Shown here in pieces: positions 1 through 12,459 of a DNA stretch of 64,000 bases; position 1 is the stretch's first letter; each line of letters starts with the position of its first letter. The stretch covers positions 1,178,001 to 1,242,000 of the forward strand of contig AP026132.1 of the NCBI GenBank assembly GCA_030295235.1, given 5' to 3'. A program made the translations under genes and the position numbers. The DNA comes from Fistulifera solaris. Its lineage: Eukaryota. The notes under the pieces are model-generated. The model searched no databases, was not told the origin of the DNA, and saw only the letters and a program-made list of their open reading frames with translations.

Positions 1-683
1 GCGTGCAACCAAACGAGATCAAGCGGAGCAGAAACGTAGCAACAGTGCCCGCTAAAGCGGTTCGTGTCGTATTTGATGTAAAGCTTGCCATAGACAGGAT
101 GTATTTGATGCATTTGTCTGTTATTCAATGTCTTTGGTTTCAATGCAAGGATCAAGCAAGGATGCCATGAAGTCGCGAGATCATCATCGAAAAAGTGCGG
201 TCAGTCGTCAGTCAGCGTTGTCACGGTTAATACGTCAGTCAAAGAAGGCTGATGATCTGATGATGTGCCATTGGGCCATTGGCCCTTGGCACGATACAAA
301 TAATAGAGATGACGTGGCGAGGATCAGTATCTAAGGTTTACAGTCATAACTTCAAGAATGCGGTAGAACATTTCGCAATGCATTTTCTATTTTAAGTTCA
401 GTATTTAGCAATAAGTACTCCTGTTGGGAAAACTTCAACTTCAACCCCGGATTTTATGCCTGAGATTCTGAGATTTATCATTTAGAGAAGGTCCGCGAAT
501 TTGTAACACGCAGCGAAGAACGCAAATGACAAAAACACCGGAAACTATACATCCAAAATGTAGAACAAGCCTTCCCTCTCGCCACCGCCATCAAACATCA
601 AGCACAGCAGTTTTCTTCATTCATTCCATTTCGAGTTCGCATTGCTCAAAAGAGAAAAAGATTGTCGGCATTTACAAAAGACC

Positions 684-1166
684 ATGTGCAGCATGCGACC
701 ATGTCCTTCCAGAAAAGCACCCAAACTTCGTCCAACTGCACTCATGTTCTCACAGATCCGCGATGTAACGTCGCTGTCACCGCCCAGATTTCCAAAGCGT
801 GTACCCAGCATGGAAACCAGCCTCTGTACACTTGCCAAAGACGAATCGCACGGAAAATCGAAATCTCAGCCATGTCTTGCCGGAAAGAATGCTTCATTTG
901 CTTCGTTAAAAGAGAAAAGCTGCAAGTTAGCTGACTGTTACATCGGTTTTTCAGAGGACGAAAGCATCATGTCCGATCTATCTGACGACGACGACGATGA
1001 CAATGACCTCTCATATGTGAGCCATTCGGCCTATGCTCCAGTGACAGTAGAGCAGGTTCTTCTAGAAAGTCTTGGATCATCGCGATGGCTTCCAAGTGAC
1101 TGTTCAAGTGATAGTCGCAGTCGAGATGCGCCGAAGACACCGTGTCGAACGACAGAGAATGTTTGA
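684..1166 (+). CDS. Hypothetical protein with Ser/Asp-rich low-complexity C-terminal half
   Basis: Open frame 642-1166 with first in-frame ATG at 684. Acidic DDDDDD tract and terminal PKTPCR motif. No recognisable domain. Confidence 0.5.
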   Translation: MCSMRPCPSRKAPKLRPTALMFSQIRDVTSLSPPRFPKRVPSMETSLCTLAKDESHGKSKSQPCLAGKNASFASLKEKSCKLADCYIGFSEDESIMSDLSDDDDDDNDLSYVSHSAYAPVTVEQVLLESLGSSRWLPSDCSSDSRSRDAPKTPCRTTENV

Positions 1167-1791
1167 AATAATCGAGATGCCTGGATGTACACACATCCCA
1201 TTCAGAGGTGAACCATTTCCGGTGTCGCAACCCTGCCCACTGGTGTTAAATATTACATGTAAATAAAATAGACAGGAAAAACAAACGTCTCGATGAATAC
1301 CTGGTATAAAATGATGATGATGTAACAACAATGGTGGACGAGGAAGAAAATTTTGCGTTTTTTTTGTGAAATGATTTTTGACAAATATCTTTAGCCCTAA
1401 CAATTTCCTTTCTGTTTACAAGGTACTATAACTCAAAGTGTAGATTACTTTTTTTACGACTGCATTCCAGTCATGAATCAACAGTTGCGACCTATTTTTG
1501 AACTGCTTAAAATCTAGACTAAACCTAAATTATAGTCTTCGTTCGCTTTGTGGATTATAGTCAAGAGTTTTCGATACCACAGATCATAGGACTATAGTCT
1601 CTGTTTGCAGTGCACGCCTCTTAACGTCAAACTCCTTTCGGCTTCAGTTAGCCCGCGACTGAAATGCAATCATGAGTGAAACTTTGCCGCAAACGACGCA
1701 AAAAAAAAAAACATTGCCGTCGCGCCGCGATGATAATGATCTCTAGTGATTAGTAAAGACATCGTTTTTCCCAACAGGCACACTTGATAGA

Positions 1792-2295
1792 ATGAGCGAT
1801 GTAAAAAGCCCGATTGCTGACAATTGCTTGCTCATTCAAGTTTCCGAGAACATCCCGTCCGTTCAGGAATGTCACAACTTTTGTGCTCAGGACACCTCAT
1901 GCGGTGCTGTTGCGAACTTTGTAGGCATCACACGAGATTCCTTTCAGGGCAAGAAAGTCGTTAAGCTATCCTACGAAGGCTACGTCCCCATGGCGAAAAA
2001 AGAATTGCGGCAGCTGTGTCATGAGGTAGCCACACAATTTGATGTGCGACGCATCGCAGCCGTTCATATATTGGGTGATTGCCCCGTGGGAGAAGCGAGT
2101 GTCATCTTGGCGGCCAGTAGTCCGCACCGAAGAGCGGCTATACAAGCCATTGAGTTCCTGATTGACGAACTCAAGGCGCGAATACCGATATGGAAACTCG
2201 AAGTATACGAAAATGACGAGTCGGTGTGGAAAGAAAATATAGAATGGCATGAAGGTAAAAAGCGAAGAGTGATGACGAAAACGAGTGCAAACTAA
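1792..2295 (+). CDS. MOCS2: Molybdopterin synthase catalytic (large) subunit, MoaE/MOCS2B
   Basis: Intact 167-aa ORF with MoaE motifs CGAVANFVGITRD, LSYEGY, H.LG..PVGEAS, SSPHR..A and LKARIPIWKLE. Confidence 0.93.
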   Translation: MSDVKSPIADNCLLIQVSENIPSVQECHNFCAQDTSCGAVANFVGITRDSFQGKKVVKLSYEGYVPMAKKELRQLCHEVATQFDVRRIAAVHILGDCPVGEASVILAASSPHRRAAIQAIEFLIDELKARIPIWKLEVYENDESVWKENIEWHEGKKRRVMTKTSAN

Positions 2296-2630
2296 CAGGG
2301 AGTACAATAAGCAAGACATCTTTCTTTCGTGCGCTATGGCTCCATTCTTTCAATCCCCCCTTGGCTCAATCGTATAACAGTCGGTCTGTAACGCCCCTTG
2401 CATGCTAATTTCGGACTGCAGTTTAATGTTTCGCAAATTAAATAGGTAAAGCGTTTCAGAGTAGGGGGCTCTTGCACAAATGACTAGGTGTTCGAAAATG
2501 AAAGCGTGTGACTTGACCCCTCTTTCGCAGAAAGTGGTCTCGATTTCTTGCGCTACCGTGACCAAAACAGATGCGCTAGCTCTTTTTCGTCTTATCACGT
2601 CAACAAACGGCAAATATGTCAGGACTAGAC

Positions 2631-3055
2631 CTACTGAGCTGCTTCCCTTTTTTCTTTCTCCCTCATTTCTTTCTCGACATGTTTTCGAACCGCCCGCAGC
2701 TGCCACTCGCCATAACCCAGTAAAATCATGGCCGGTGTAAAAAATACAACACCTCGCAAAGGACGACGCAAATACAGACCTCCCAGCCACGCTCCGGCCA
2801 CGACTCCTCCGGCGGCATGCGACGCCAGCAACGCATTCCTCGTCGACCCCATGAGTGGCTCTGTTATTGTTGTATACAAAAACGTTCCGACCCAAAACAT
2901 GCCGTTGCCGTCAAAGCACAAGAAAGCATCGTCAATGCTGCCGTGCGGGGTAAACGAGCGTGGCCTTTGTACAGGGCTTGGAGTACTCCCACGATGGAGC
3001 CTACACTTCCAGCCACCACAACGCGCTTGGATAAATGATCTAGCGTCTCTTCCAT
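2631..3055 (-). CDS. Small multi-pass membrane protein (Gly/Ala-rich TM helices, Tim17/22-like feel); one frameshift
   Basis: MEETLDHLSKRVVVAGSVG... (ORF 2864-3304) joins LYTTITEPL...GGVVAGAWLGG (ORF 2631-3137) if one T is added to the T5 run at ~2878-2882. Family assignment is tentative. Confidence 0.6.
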
Positions 3056-3312
3056 ATTTTGTTGCTGAGCTTGACTTATATTTACTACGATGAATAACTC
3101 TGCTTTTCGCGGGAAGTTGGAATACCGTGATGTGCAATTAAAGAATGGGGAAATGGGTGTGGCCCTACGAAATGGAAATAAATTGCATTTGACACTATCC
3201 GTCATGGTTTTTTGCGAATTGCGAATAAACGCGGTGTGATTTTTTATCCATCGCGAGCAGGACCCACGACCCTCGTTGTACTCGTGACCCAATAAATCGC
3301 GCATTGCACACG

Positions 3313-4219
3313 TTACAAAACGCGCGCCAACCTCACTATACGATTTGAAGAACTAATACGGTATTCGATTGCTATAACAGAGAACGCGGAGCATTCTTTT
3401 CCGCCAATAACCGAGTAAAAACAAAACAAAAACGCACAACACAAAAAAAACGGATCTCTCTCAACGAAACGTTCTTTAGAACAAAGGCGTTTCTTATGTA
3501 ACGTTGCATCATATTCAAACCGGTCGCTTAACATTGCATAGGCGAAGATGTTGCCCCCACAAAAACACGATTAAAAGTAACTGAAAAACGAAACAAGATG
3601 ATTCGTCAACTATCTCCCTCCATCATTCCTTCGAGTTCATTTCTCTCACAATTAAAAAACTCGTCCGCTGCATAGCGCACCGAAATCTACAAGGGCAACT
3701 CAGCTTCGCCATCCTCACCCTCTTCTAAGCTACACCATGAAGTTCAACAGTCACAAGGATAAACCGCTCAAGGATAACAAATCTCCTGTTAGTATCCTCA
3801 TTCACGAGAACAAACACATCCCTGACAAGCACACTTCAGACGCCTCCGGATTGGGCCGTTGCGTGTTCATGGAGCCTACGGTCTTTGTCACTCCTGCTCT
3901 ATCCTCACAACGTTTGCAGGCGACGAAGCGTCCGGGCTTAGTTTCGGTTGACGATTTGGTCAAGGATTTGAGCAAACTTTTGATCAGTACCAAAGACCAC
4001 GACGAGAGCAAAGAATCTGATAATGGCAAAGTCTCTCCTTCCAAGGATAAGAACGGTCATGTGTCCCAGTCGAAAACAGCTAGTCCGCGTGTCATTCGCC
4101 TGCTGAATGAGACTCCTGAAGCATTCGATGCAGATCTCGGTCGATGTGTCCAGTCCATGATTGATGACAAAACGTTCCAAGTGACTCAAGTGACACGAAG
4201 CTTGCGTCTCAAAGCATAA
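3313..4219. repeat. Left arm of ~0.9-kb inverted segmental duplication (partner ~14466-15345)
   Basis: Both the CDS and ~400 bp upstream match the reverse complement of 14466-15345 (e.g. TTCTTATGTAA.GTTGCATCATATTCAAAC.GGTCGCT). Confidence 0.88.
3737..4219 (+). CDS. Hypothetical protein, paralog A (copy of 14466-14945)
   Basis: Intact 160-aa ORF with a highly similar second intact copy on the minus strand at 14466-14945. Retention of the frame in both copies supports coding status. Confidence 0.75.
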   Translation: MKFNSHKDKPLKDNKSPVSILIHENKHIPDKHTSDASGLGRCVFMEPTVFVTPALSSQRLQATKRPGLVSVDDLVKDLSKLLISTKDHDESKESDNGKVSPSKDKNGHVSQSKTASPRVIRLLNETPEAFDADLGRCVQSMIDDKTFQVTQVTRSLRLKA

Positions 4220-5258
4220 TACGGAAAGCTTGAAATACTTACGGAGAGGCAGCATTGCCAAATACAAGGCCTTCTCACCATGCTTTGTTTCTACAGTTTT
4301 ATGATAATGAGTGTTAGTAAATGTGTTAAACTTTACTTGTTTTTTTCTGTTGCAGATTTGCTGCGATGGGGATAGCATCTTCTTGTTTCATGTTCTCTCG
4401 GTTTTGTTTTTAAAAAGTGCCTCAAAGCACTTTGCTCAAGCGACGCATTAAGCAATGGACGGAATAAACGGGCCCCCTCTTTGGCTGTCGACAAAATCGC
4501 AAATATTTTAATAACGTTCTATACTTTTGTCGGGGATCCGGGCACCTGATGGTGTTCACATTATTTCTGAGGAGCATCGTGACTACGATATGTTCGAATG
4601 CCTTAGCTCATCGGTCTACCTCACGATCTGACGATTGACGATTGACTTCGCGACTCACGTTGTTAGCACTGCCGCGATTAAAACTCGCAGAATTACAAGC
4701 AGAAATCAATATTATTCCTAATTCTGACTGTTCAGCGTTCTCTACTTAGTGTAATAAGCAGGAATGACCCGCGCTAAAAGCACCAAGCACCAAGGCACTC
4801 GGCACTCCCCGAGCCCCGAGTTCTCGCTTCTCGTAGCTCGCAGATCGCGGAAGACCCGAAGGACCGAAGACCATAAACCACGATCCACGATCCAGGATTC
4901 CAGGCATTGGGTTCGGTCTTCGGTAGTTTTCTTTATGTCTTTATGTCGCAGGTCGGACTCCTTCTCTAGTAAAAGTTGATGGTTGGGTCTTGGTATCTGA
5001 AACTGAAATCAAAACATCAAAATAACACGAAAAAATACTGAGTACTCCGAGTAGTAAACAAAGTTGCAGTTTGCAATGTGAAAACTAAAAACTTTACAAC
5101 TCAACGACCAATAAACCCTAAAACGTTGACGAATCCCTTAAGTTTCGCATAGTATAATGTCTAATCTTAAAACTTACTGGTAAAACCTTAGATGAGAAGA
5201 CGTCCGCTGGTTCGAGTTTCGAGCTTCGACCTCTACTTATTTGTAACTCGCCTTCCGC

Positions 5259-5291
5259 AGTGAGTAGTGAGTAGTGAGTAGTGAGTAGTGA
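5259..5291. repeat. Heptamer microsatellite (AGTGAGT)x~4.7
   Basis: Direct reading of the sequence. Confidence 0.9.
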
Positions 5292-5450
5292 TGAATGTGC
5301 GCCGGAGATCGCAGATTGTTGTTTATTCGGGTAGAAAGTGAAGGGCACTTGTATCCTCTGAAAATCAACCGACAAGTGCCCCTTCCATCGTCACAAATCG
5401 CAAAGACTCGCTAAGTTACAAAATAAAGACTTCAAACAAATCTGCTAACC

Positions 5451-5970
5451 ATGAAGTTTGCCTTTGCACTGGCGGCTACGGTCTTGACGATCGGTAATGT
5501 CAGCGCCCAAGCCCCCATTGAAGCTCCCCGAAATTGTTGTTTTTTACCTCAATATGAACGCGGCCGCGGATGCATGTAGCCCCGTTGAATTTAGCTATGT
5601 CGACAACAAGATCACTCCCGACTTGGACATGGCCATGCTCGACCAGAACATTGAGGAAACCCAGTGGACCACTTCCGATGGCTCTCCTAGTCGAAAGTTG
5701 CGTGGCGGGGAAGAGCGCGAGTTGAACGCGACCTGCGATTGGTGCCGCCCAATTCATGGCCGAGCCTTGTGCAACTCCATGTTCAATTGTGGTTTCCGCC
5801 GTCGCCTCCAAGGAGGAACCACACTCACTGAAGCGCAAAAGGCTGAACTTGCGGATTCTTTGAGAACGTCCTGCGAAGAAAACTTGGCGTTCGCCGCCTC
5901 GCGCCCGACGATCAGCGCGACCTGTGCAGCCGGACTCGCCGGAGCGGAATGCTTCGTGCAGTACGTCTAA
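5451..5970 (+). CDS. Secreted Cys-rich protein with multiple RXL motifs, paralog B; one frameshift
   Basis: ATG 5451 gives signal peptide MKFAFALAATVLTIGNVSA-QAPIEAP. Removing one C from the C4 run at ~5526 continues into EIVVFY..., matching the paralog's MEAPEIIVYY. Motifs RKL, REL and RRL, with conserved Cys. Confidence 0.8.
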
Positions 5971-6170
5971 GGAAGAAAGATGATATTGGAACATGCAGCG
6001 GAACTTTCTCATAGTAAACTCATAATCAAATTGACAGTTCAACGGATAGAAAACTTTCTTTTGTCATGTTCGCGGCGTATGATGTAGGTCCTTGACGTCG
6101 GACGTTATATCATTCGCTGCCAACGCGTAAATGATCCAGACGATGAGTATGCTCCTCGTGCTCTTTGTTC

Positions 6171-8139
6171 TCAATCAAATGTTTCTAAATGACTTAGTAA
6201 TAGATCCACCTGTCGTTGACTTTTCGAAACAGAGACTGTCGGAATTATGCGTTGCGGTCTCCAGCATGCAATGCACTCTACCAGTTCTGGAAAGCTCGAG
6301 TGTTCACTGTACGGAACACTATGCACTGTCAGATTAGATCGAGCTGCCGTAGAGATGATTGTACCTTTGCAAGCGACCACCCCGTTGGACGAAAACCAAC
6401 TACTTTGTCGAAAACCAATTCTTTCTTCCCTACTTTGACCTTACAATACATATGAAGCTTCTTCATATTCACATGCCCCAATGGGACAACCCAAAGCAAA
6501 CTTTCTTCTGGATTAGTTGTGATCCATTTCAAGTCGTCCTCACCTAGCACAGCTTGTAGAATACGGAAACGCCGCTTGTCAACGTAGACTTTCTTGTTCA
6601 GTCGCTTTGCCACGGATAAGTAAATGCGCTCCTTCCCAATAGTGTACGCACCAAACACTAGTAAAAGGCTCATCTTCTCATATTTGTGAACCTCCCTCAC
6701 CGCTGTTTCCACTGCTGCTTGAATGGCTTCGGCCTGGGTCGGTAAGACGTACTTTGGATCACAATACGTCGTATCCAGAAAAAGATCATCGATTCGATAT
6801 CGACTTCCTAAAACTGTCATCTCCTCTCGATGCCAGCGAAAGTCCCCCACGTGCATAATGATTCGCTTGCCGACTTCAAAAACAAGCATGACGGCACCAG
6901 GACAATGATTGGCATCGTGCAATGTGACCGACACCGTCTTGTTGTTTGTGGTGACAAGCGGGACAGCGACACCGAGCGGCAGCGGGTGCAAGTATTGACG
7001 GTCCACTCCCAACTGCTGATTCACCAAATTAGCGGTTGCTTCCGAGCAGTAAATAGTTCCGCAATTCCATTGACGAGTAATGCCCCCGTAGTGATCCGAA
7101 TGAAAGTGCGTCAAGAAGTAATTGGAAGTCAAAGATGGAGTTGCGTACTGAAACCCGTCCACCACTGCAAGTCGTAAGAAAGAGAGACGTAAACGACAGC
7201 TTTCTTGGTCAAAAGGCACTCACCAAAATCTGTCCCTGGTATCTTTTTTGTAGAATGGACATGTTCGACTAGAAAATTTAGGTCCGCTCGACCACTGCCG
7301 TTTCTTGTCGTTCGTAGTAGATGTAATCTTCGTTCGTGATTGCTTGCCGGCTTTCGGCTGTTTCGCTTGTTGCGCAACACGGCGTGCTCCATCCATTAAC
7401 TTTGTCAGAGCATTCGGCAGGGCTGATGGTTGTTTGCTTTCGCTAGGCAGCAATGATAGTAACGTCGTTTGTTGCATTCCTTTGGATGATTTATTGAGCG
7501 TGTCGTTCCACCATGCGCTCTCTTTGACACTCTCCTCTATCATAAACTCTTCATCCGGCTGTTCGATAACATCTTTCGCTTGTACTCCGTGCTTTCTCGA
7601 GCATCGTTTAATGTGATCCATCCGACCTTTCCATCCCGACTGAATGGTTTCCAGCAAATTAGCTCCGCATACAAAACAGCAAGTGAGTTGTTGTGATGAT
7701 TGATGTTTCCGTTCTTTTGCGGTTCAAGTGATATTGAAATGTGTAGCAGTTGCTCCTTTGGGGGCTGTGATAAAGTGGGCTTCGCTGGACTGTACGGATT
7801 GTGGATAATGCGTTCCTGAGGTTGCTGCGGAGTGGGTCGAATGAGACTTGTCAAGGGTTCATCCTCTTCATCTTCGTCTTCTTCTTCTACCTCCTCCTCA
7901 TCATCATCCGATGATAATACTTCTACAATTTGTGTGCAATGAAAATCGTCTTCTGCTTCGCTGCTGATTCCGGCATCAAAGTCTTGAATATCATCTTCGA
8001 TAATTGCTTCGATGTGCGGATTGTCATTTTCTTGCTTTTCCGCTGTCGGCTGACACTTTGTGCACGTCAAATCGAGCACAAAGTCCTTGGCAATGAATTT
8101 CACGGTGCAAACACGACAATTACGGACGATTCGTGGCAT
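6171..8139 (-). CDS. DNA cross-link repair nuclease SNM1/PSO2 (DCLRE1A-like; MBL/beta-CASP) with N-terminal zinc-finger-like and acidic regions
   Basis: Motifs FLTHFHSDHYGG, DANHCPGA, HVGDFR, LFLDTTY, GAYTIGKER, FRPTGW and VPYSEHSSF. Intron 7165-7223 (GTGAGT..CAG) restores KKIPGTDFVVDGF. Frameshifts near 7670, 7245 and 6370. Confidence 0.9.
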
Positions 8140-8723
8140 TTTGAACCGTTCATTGCATCGAAGTGATCATTGTCATTCATCCAAATAATAATGCAGGACG
8201 GCATCAATTTTCTGTGCGAATGACAATGCGATGTTCCCCTATATAGTGCGAAGAAGTTCCGTAGGGTTGAGGTTTTATCACCGTTTCGTCATCATTGATC
8301 ATTGGGTCTTGTTTCTCTCACGACTCCTCAAGAAGCGCGCCCCGCGTCACAATTCTACTTTCAAGAAGAGAGTCAATGCAAATGTCGCCTACTTGTTGCG
8401 CTATACAAAATACAAACAACGCGAAACACGACGTACACGGCAGCCACACTTTTTCCCGGGAAGGGGAAAAAACGACAACGCCATGACGATGAGAGAGTTT
8501 TGTTATTGTTCATGTCGAATCTCGAATCATTTTACTTCAAAGAGCATTGCCCAGTACAATTTGTTAACGAATTCATTTAGTAGTTCATGCTGGTGTTTCA
8601 TGAGATTACATTGCAACGCACGCTAACAGACAGCTGCTTGCCCTTCTTCTCATCAACTTGAACAAACAGACACAATCGTTATCTTTCCCTGCTATTCATC
8701 CTTGCCTCGAAGACTAGCACAAA

Positions 8724-11168
8724 ATGACAAATCATCACCATGAAGCAGATGCGGTAGATCAGCTTGATTTTCCTTCGAAAGAGACACAAGAGAAAGAGGA
8801 AGCGCAAAACGACTTTGACGACTTTACTCAATCGGCGTCCGTTGTTGCGATTCATAAAGAAACGAAACAGGGGAATATGGTAGAGACGACAGGGACGATT
8901 GCAAAGCACGCGAATCAGGATGCTACAGAAACTTTTGAATCTTCTGTTTCTGTAGTGGTGATAGAGTCGGGAGCGACAGACAGAAGCAATGTTGCAAATA
9001 CTAATTTACTGGAAGAGCAAATGACGGCATTGCAGATACAGGAAACAACAACAGCAGCTTCCAAAGATGCACGACGCTTTGTGACAGCCAAAGACTTTGA
9101 TCTACTAAAGGTCATCGGTATGGGTGCTTTTGGTAAAGTGTTGCAAGTGCGACACAAACACACATCCCGGATTCTTGCCATGAAAGTGATATCGAAACGA
9201 TTGTTGCTCCGGAAATCGGGTTATGTGGAGAATATACAAGCCGAACGACAGATATTGACGCGAGTTCGCAGCCCTTTGTAGTGACGATGCATTGTTCTTT
9301 TCAAACCAGGGAAAAGCTTTTCATTATCATGGATTTTTTTGGCTGGCGGGGAATTGTTTCTGCGACTGGGACGAGAGGGAATCTTTCTTGAAAAGACCGC
9401 GGCTTTTTATCTAGGCGAGATCATTCTTGCTATTGACCACTTGCATTCGTTGGGCATTCTGCATCGTGATTTGAAGCCGTGAGTAGAGTCTCGCATCGCG
9501 CTGTGGTGAACTTTCGAAATGCTGACACTTTAGTTTTTCATTGCAGAGAGAATATCTTATTGGGCGCAGACGGCCATGTTTGTGTGACGGATTTTGGACT
9601 GGCGAAAGATTTCTCGACTGTCGGCGGTTTCGACGACGAAGAGAACCGGGCCCTGACCATTTGTGGCACGCAAGGTACGTTCGAGTACACCAAGTCGCTC
9701 TCGGTCTTTGCATAAAACATCTGACAAGTCTTCTCGTAGAGTATATGGCGCCTGAGATGCTTTCGGGGCAAGGCTATGGTCGATCGGCGGATTACTGGAG
9801 TTTAGGCTGCATCGCGTACGAAATGTTAGCTGGGTTACCACCATTTAAATCTAAAGATGGCCGGAAAGAGCTATTCCGTAAAATCATGTCCGAGAAAGTG
9901 AAGATGCCTTCCGGTAGCACGGCAGAAGCGTGTAGACTCCTGAAAGGATTACTGAACCGTAATGTACAGAAACGATTGGGCGCAGCGAAAAGCACAATGT
10001 TCGAGGTTGGGGGTGTGGCTGCGCTGAAGAATGAACCGTTCTTCAACCACTTGAACTGGGAGCATCTGGCGAACAAGCAGACTGAGCCTCCGCAAGTTTT
10101 GTCGGTACAAGACGACCAGGATTTGAAGCACTTTCACCAAGAGTTCACGGATATGGCCTTACCGCGATCTGTTGTTTTGATGAGCAAGGATGAATTTACT
10201 GCGCATCACGTAGAGTCGCAAAGATTTCGCGGATTTTCATTCATTCACGATTCTTTTGACTTGCCAGAACGACTGGATTCGGAGTTAGAATCGTATTGGA
10301 AATCTATTGAAGAGGACGCAGTATCGTTATCTGAATGCGCTAGCAGTAAAATGGATAACGAAGAAAGCGAGCAGCCGTCAACAGAATCGCCAATAAAGAA
10401 GCGACCTCCCCGCAAACGAAAGAAGAACAAAAATGATGCTTCTTGTGGAACTCCAGCAGCTTCTACTTATACTTCACCTGCTCCTTCCGAAGTAGCAACA
10501 CCCGCTCCTTCGAATTTCGAAGATGATGTTGTTGTAATACAAAACGATAGCAGTGCAAAGAAGGATACTTCTGAACCAGTCACACAGCAAGAGCAAGAAA
10601 AGTTCGTTACTTCGACGATTCCCGAATCAAATCACCAGGAGAAGCCGATCGTATCGTCAGCGGATACGTCCAAGAAGTCGGTCATGAATACCGGCGACTG
10701 GCAGCACGTGGGAGAAACGTCTTCGAAAGTTTCACGCCAGCTCCCTTTGCAAATACTGGAACTCCTAACATCAGTCAACTCAAAATGCCAGGTGCAAAGG
10801 AAGTTAACAAGTCTTTGTGGCAGACATCAAATCAGCCACAAAGCAGTGCCCCTTTACCTTGGAATCGTTCTAAACAATCAGGAACTGCTGCATGGAGTGC
10901 ACGTTCGGAGTCGACCCCTCAAGCTCAGCAGGTCGCATCTCCTCCTCCAACGTCGTCTCGGCCACTTCCTTCTTCGGATTGGCGATATCATCCTATGCCT
11001 TCACGAAAACCGTTTTCTGTTGAGGCACAGCAACCATTAAAGCCGTCGTCGCAACCAATTTGGCCGTCACTGGGTGGTGCACAAGATAAATCGGCTTCGA
11101 TTAGTAAGAATCTTCCACCAACGAAACCGGCTCTGCAAGGAGCTTGGGCGTCAAAGGCTTTAAAGTAA
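8724..11168 (+). CDS. AGC-family Ser/Thr kinase (S6K/RSK-like) with long low-complexity C-terminus
   Basis: Motifs [39 protein letters not shown] and hydrophobic motif FRGFSF. Introns 9479-9546 and 9675-9739. Homopolymer frameshifts at ~9272 and ~9335, and another near 10750. Confidence 0.9.
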
Positions 11169-11253
11169 ACCCCGTAACTTAGAACTAACGATAGACTATA
11201 AGTTTAGTAGCATTGAAGATTAAGTTTCGTTGGTTATGAAATATGATATTGCC

Positions 11254-12459
11254 TTACTTGGGTAGACGCGACGAAATCAATTCATCATTCGAGTATTGAG
11301 CGGCTTGCTCAATCTCATATACGAGGCTGACTGCCTCAGCCACGCTTATTCGGTGACGTTCTAAAGGCGCTGCTCCATTTTGGCGTATTGTACCGTCATG
11401 ACGCGGAGTCAATCGCCAGGCTTGCGTTCGCTTGTCATTGAAGCGCACACCCTGTCCGACGCGTTCATCGTTGATGTACTGAAAGATATCGATGTAACCA
11501 GACTCGTTTTGAGTCTTTCCTTTTCCATTTCTTTTGTTGTATAGAAAAGTTCCTTCAAAGCGGACACCAGAAGAGAAGTAATACAAACCGGAACCGTGCA
11601 TTTGATTGTTCTCCCATTCACCAAAGTACAAGTCCCCGTTTGCAAAGTAGAATCGACCTTCGCCTTCTCGTTTCCCGTTAGCATACTTTCCGACGTAGAC
11701 GTCGCCGTTGGGATATCTCCGAGTTCCACTTCCGTGCATGTTATCGTTCGCCCAGTCTCCTACGTATTCGCCATTATCGTGCTGAGTATCGGAGGCAAAT
11801 GTGAGAACTCCGTGACCTGACCGTCGATCATTCACAAATTGACCCTTGTAGACGTCCCCATTGCTCCAATTCATAGTGCCTTCTCCATGTTTCTCTCCTT
11901 TACTGTTATATGGACCGCTGTAAGTAGCTGTATTTCGATCCGATGGAGTTTGCGAAGCACCCGTGCGCCTTGGTGAAAGAAATGGTACCCCTAGCGCTAG
12001 AAGCTCCGGTTTCTTTATTTGATTTTGACCTTCTTTTGATTTCACAAAGCTTAGCGGGGGCGATCGTATCTTGCACTCTGCATGCATCGATGGTTTCGGC
12101 GAGAACTCGGAAAGGTCTTCGGCTTGTTGCTCCATGTTCGGGGACTCTCTTCCGTGAGTACTATTTGCGTCGGAGGAGTCGCAACTCTCGGACGATCGGG
12201 ATGTTCTGTGTGCATCGCATCTCAAACACTGCCCTCTCTCTACGAGTTGAGGAATGGTCAGAGGGACTTTGCGGTAAGGGTCTTCGCTCGATTTGCAATT
12301 CGGGAAGATGCGAAAGAGTCCGCATCTCTTCTCAAAGCCGTAAAGTTGTTGCCCGCAGGATTGACACTGACCGAGGGCTAGCCGTTTTTGTTGTTGCGAT
12401 TGTTCATGTTCTACTTGTTGTATATCTAAAGCTATTGTCATGGTCATTCGGTTGTTCAA
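11254..12459 (-). CDS. MORN-repeat protein with N-terminal CxxC...CxxC module
   Basis: About 7 MORN repeats (YxGxFxxxxRxGxG) in the C-terminal half. GQCQSCG...RGQCLRC at the N-terminus. Confidence 0.88.
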   Translation of the reverse strand: MNNRMTMTIALDIQQVEHEQSQQQKRLALGQCQSCGQQLYGFEKRCGLFRIFPNCKSSEDPYRKVPLTIPQLVERGQCLRCDAHRTSRSSESCDSSDANSTHGRESPNMEQQAEDLSEFSPKPSMHAECKIRSPPLSFVKSKEGQNQIKKPELLALGVPFLSPRRTGASQTPSDRNTATYSGPYNSKGEKHGEGTMNWSNGDVYKGQFVNDRRSGHGVLTFASDTQHDNGEYVGDWANDNMHGSGTRRYPNGDVYVGKYANGKREGEGRFYFANGDLYFGEWENNQMHGSGLYYFSSGVRFEGTFLYNKRNGKGKTQNESGYIDIFQYINDERVGQGVRFNDKRTQAWRLTPRHDGTIRQNGAAPLERHRISVAEAVSLVYEIEQAAQYSNDELISSRLPK

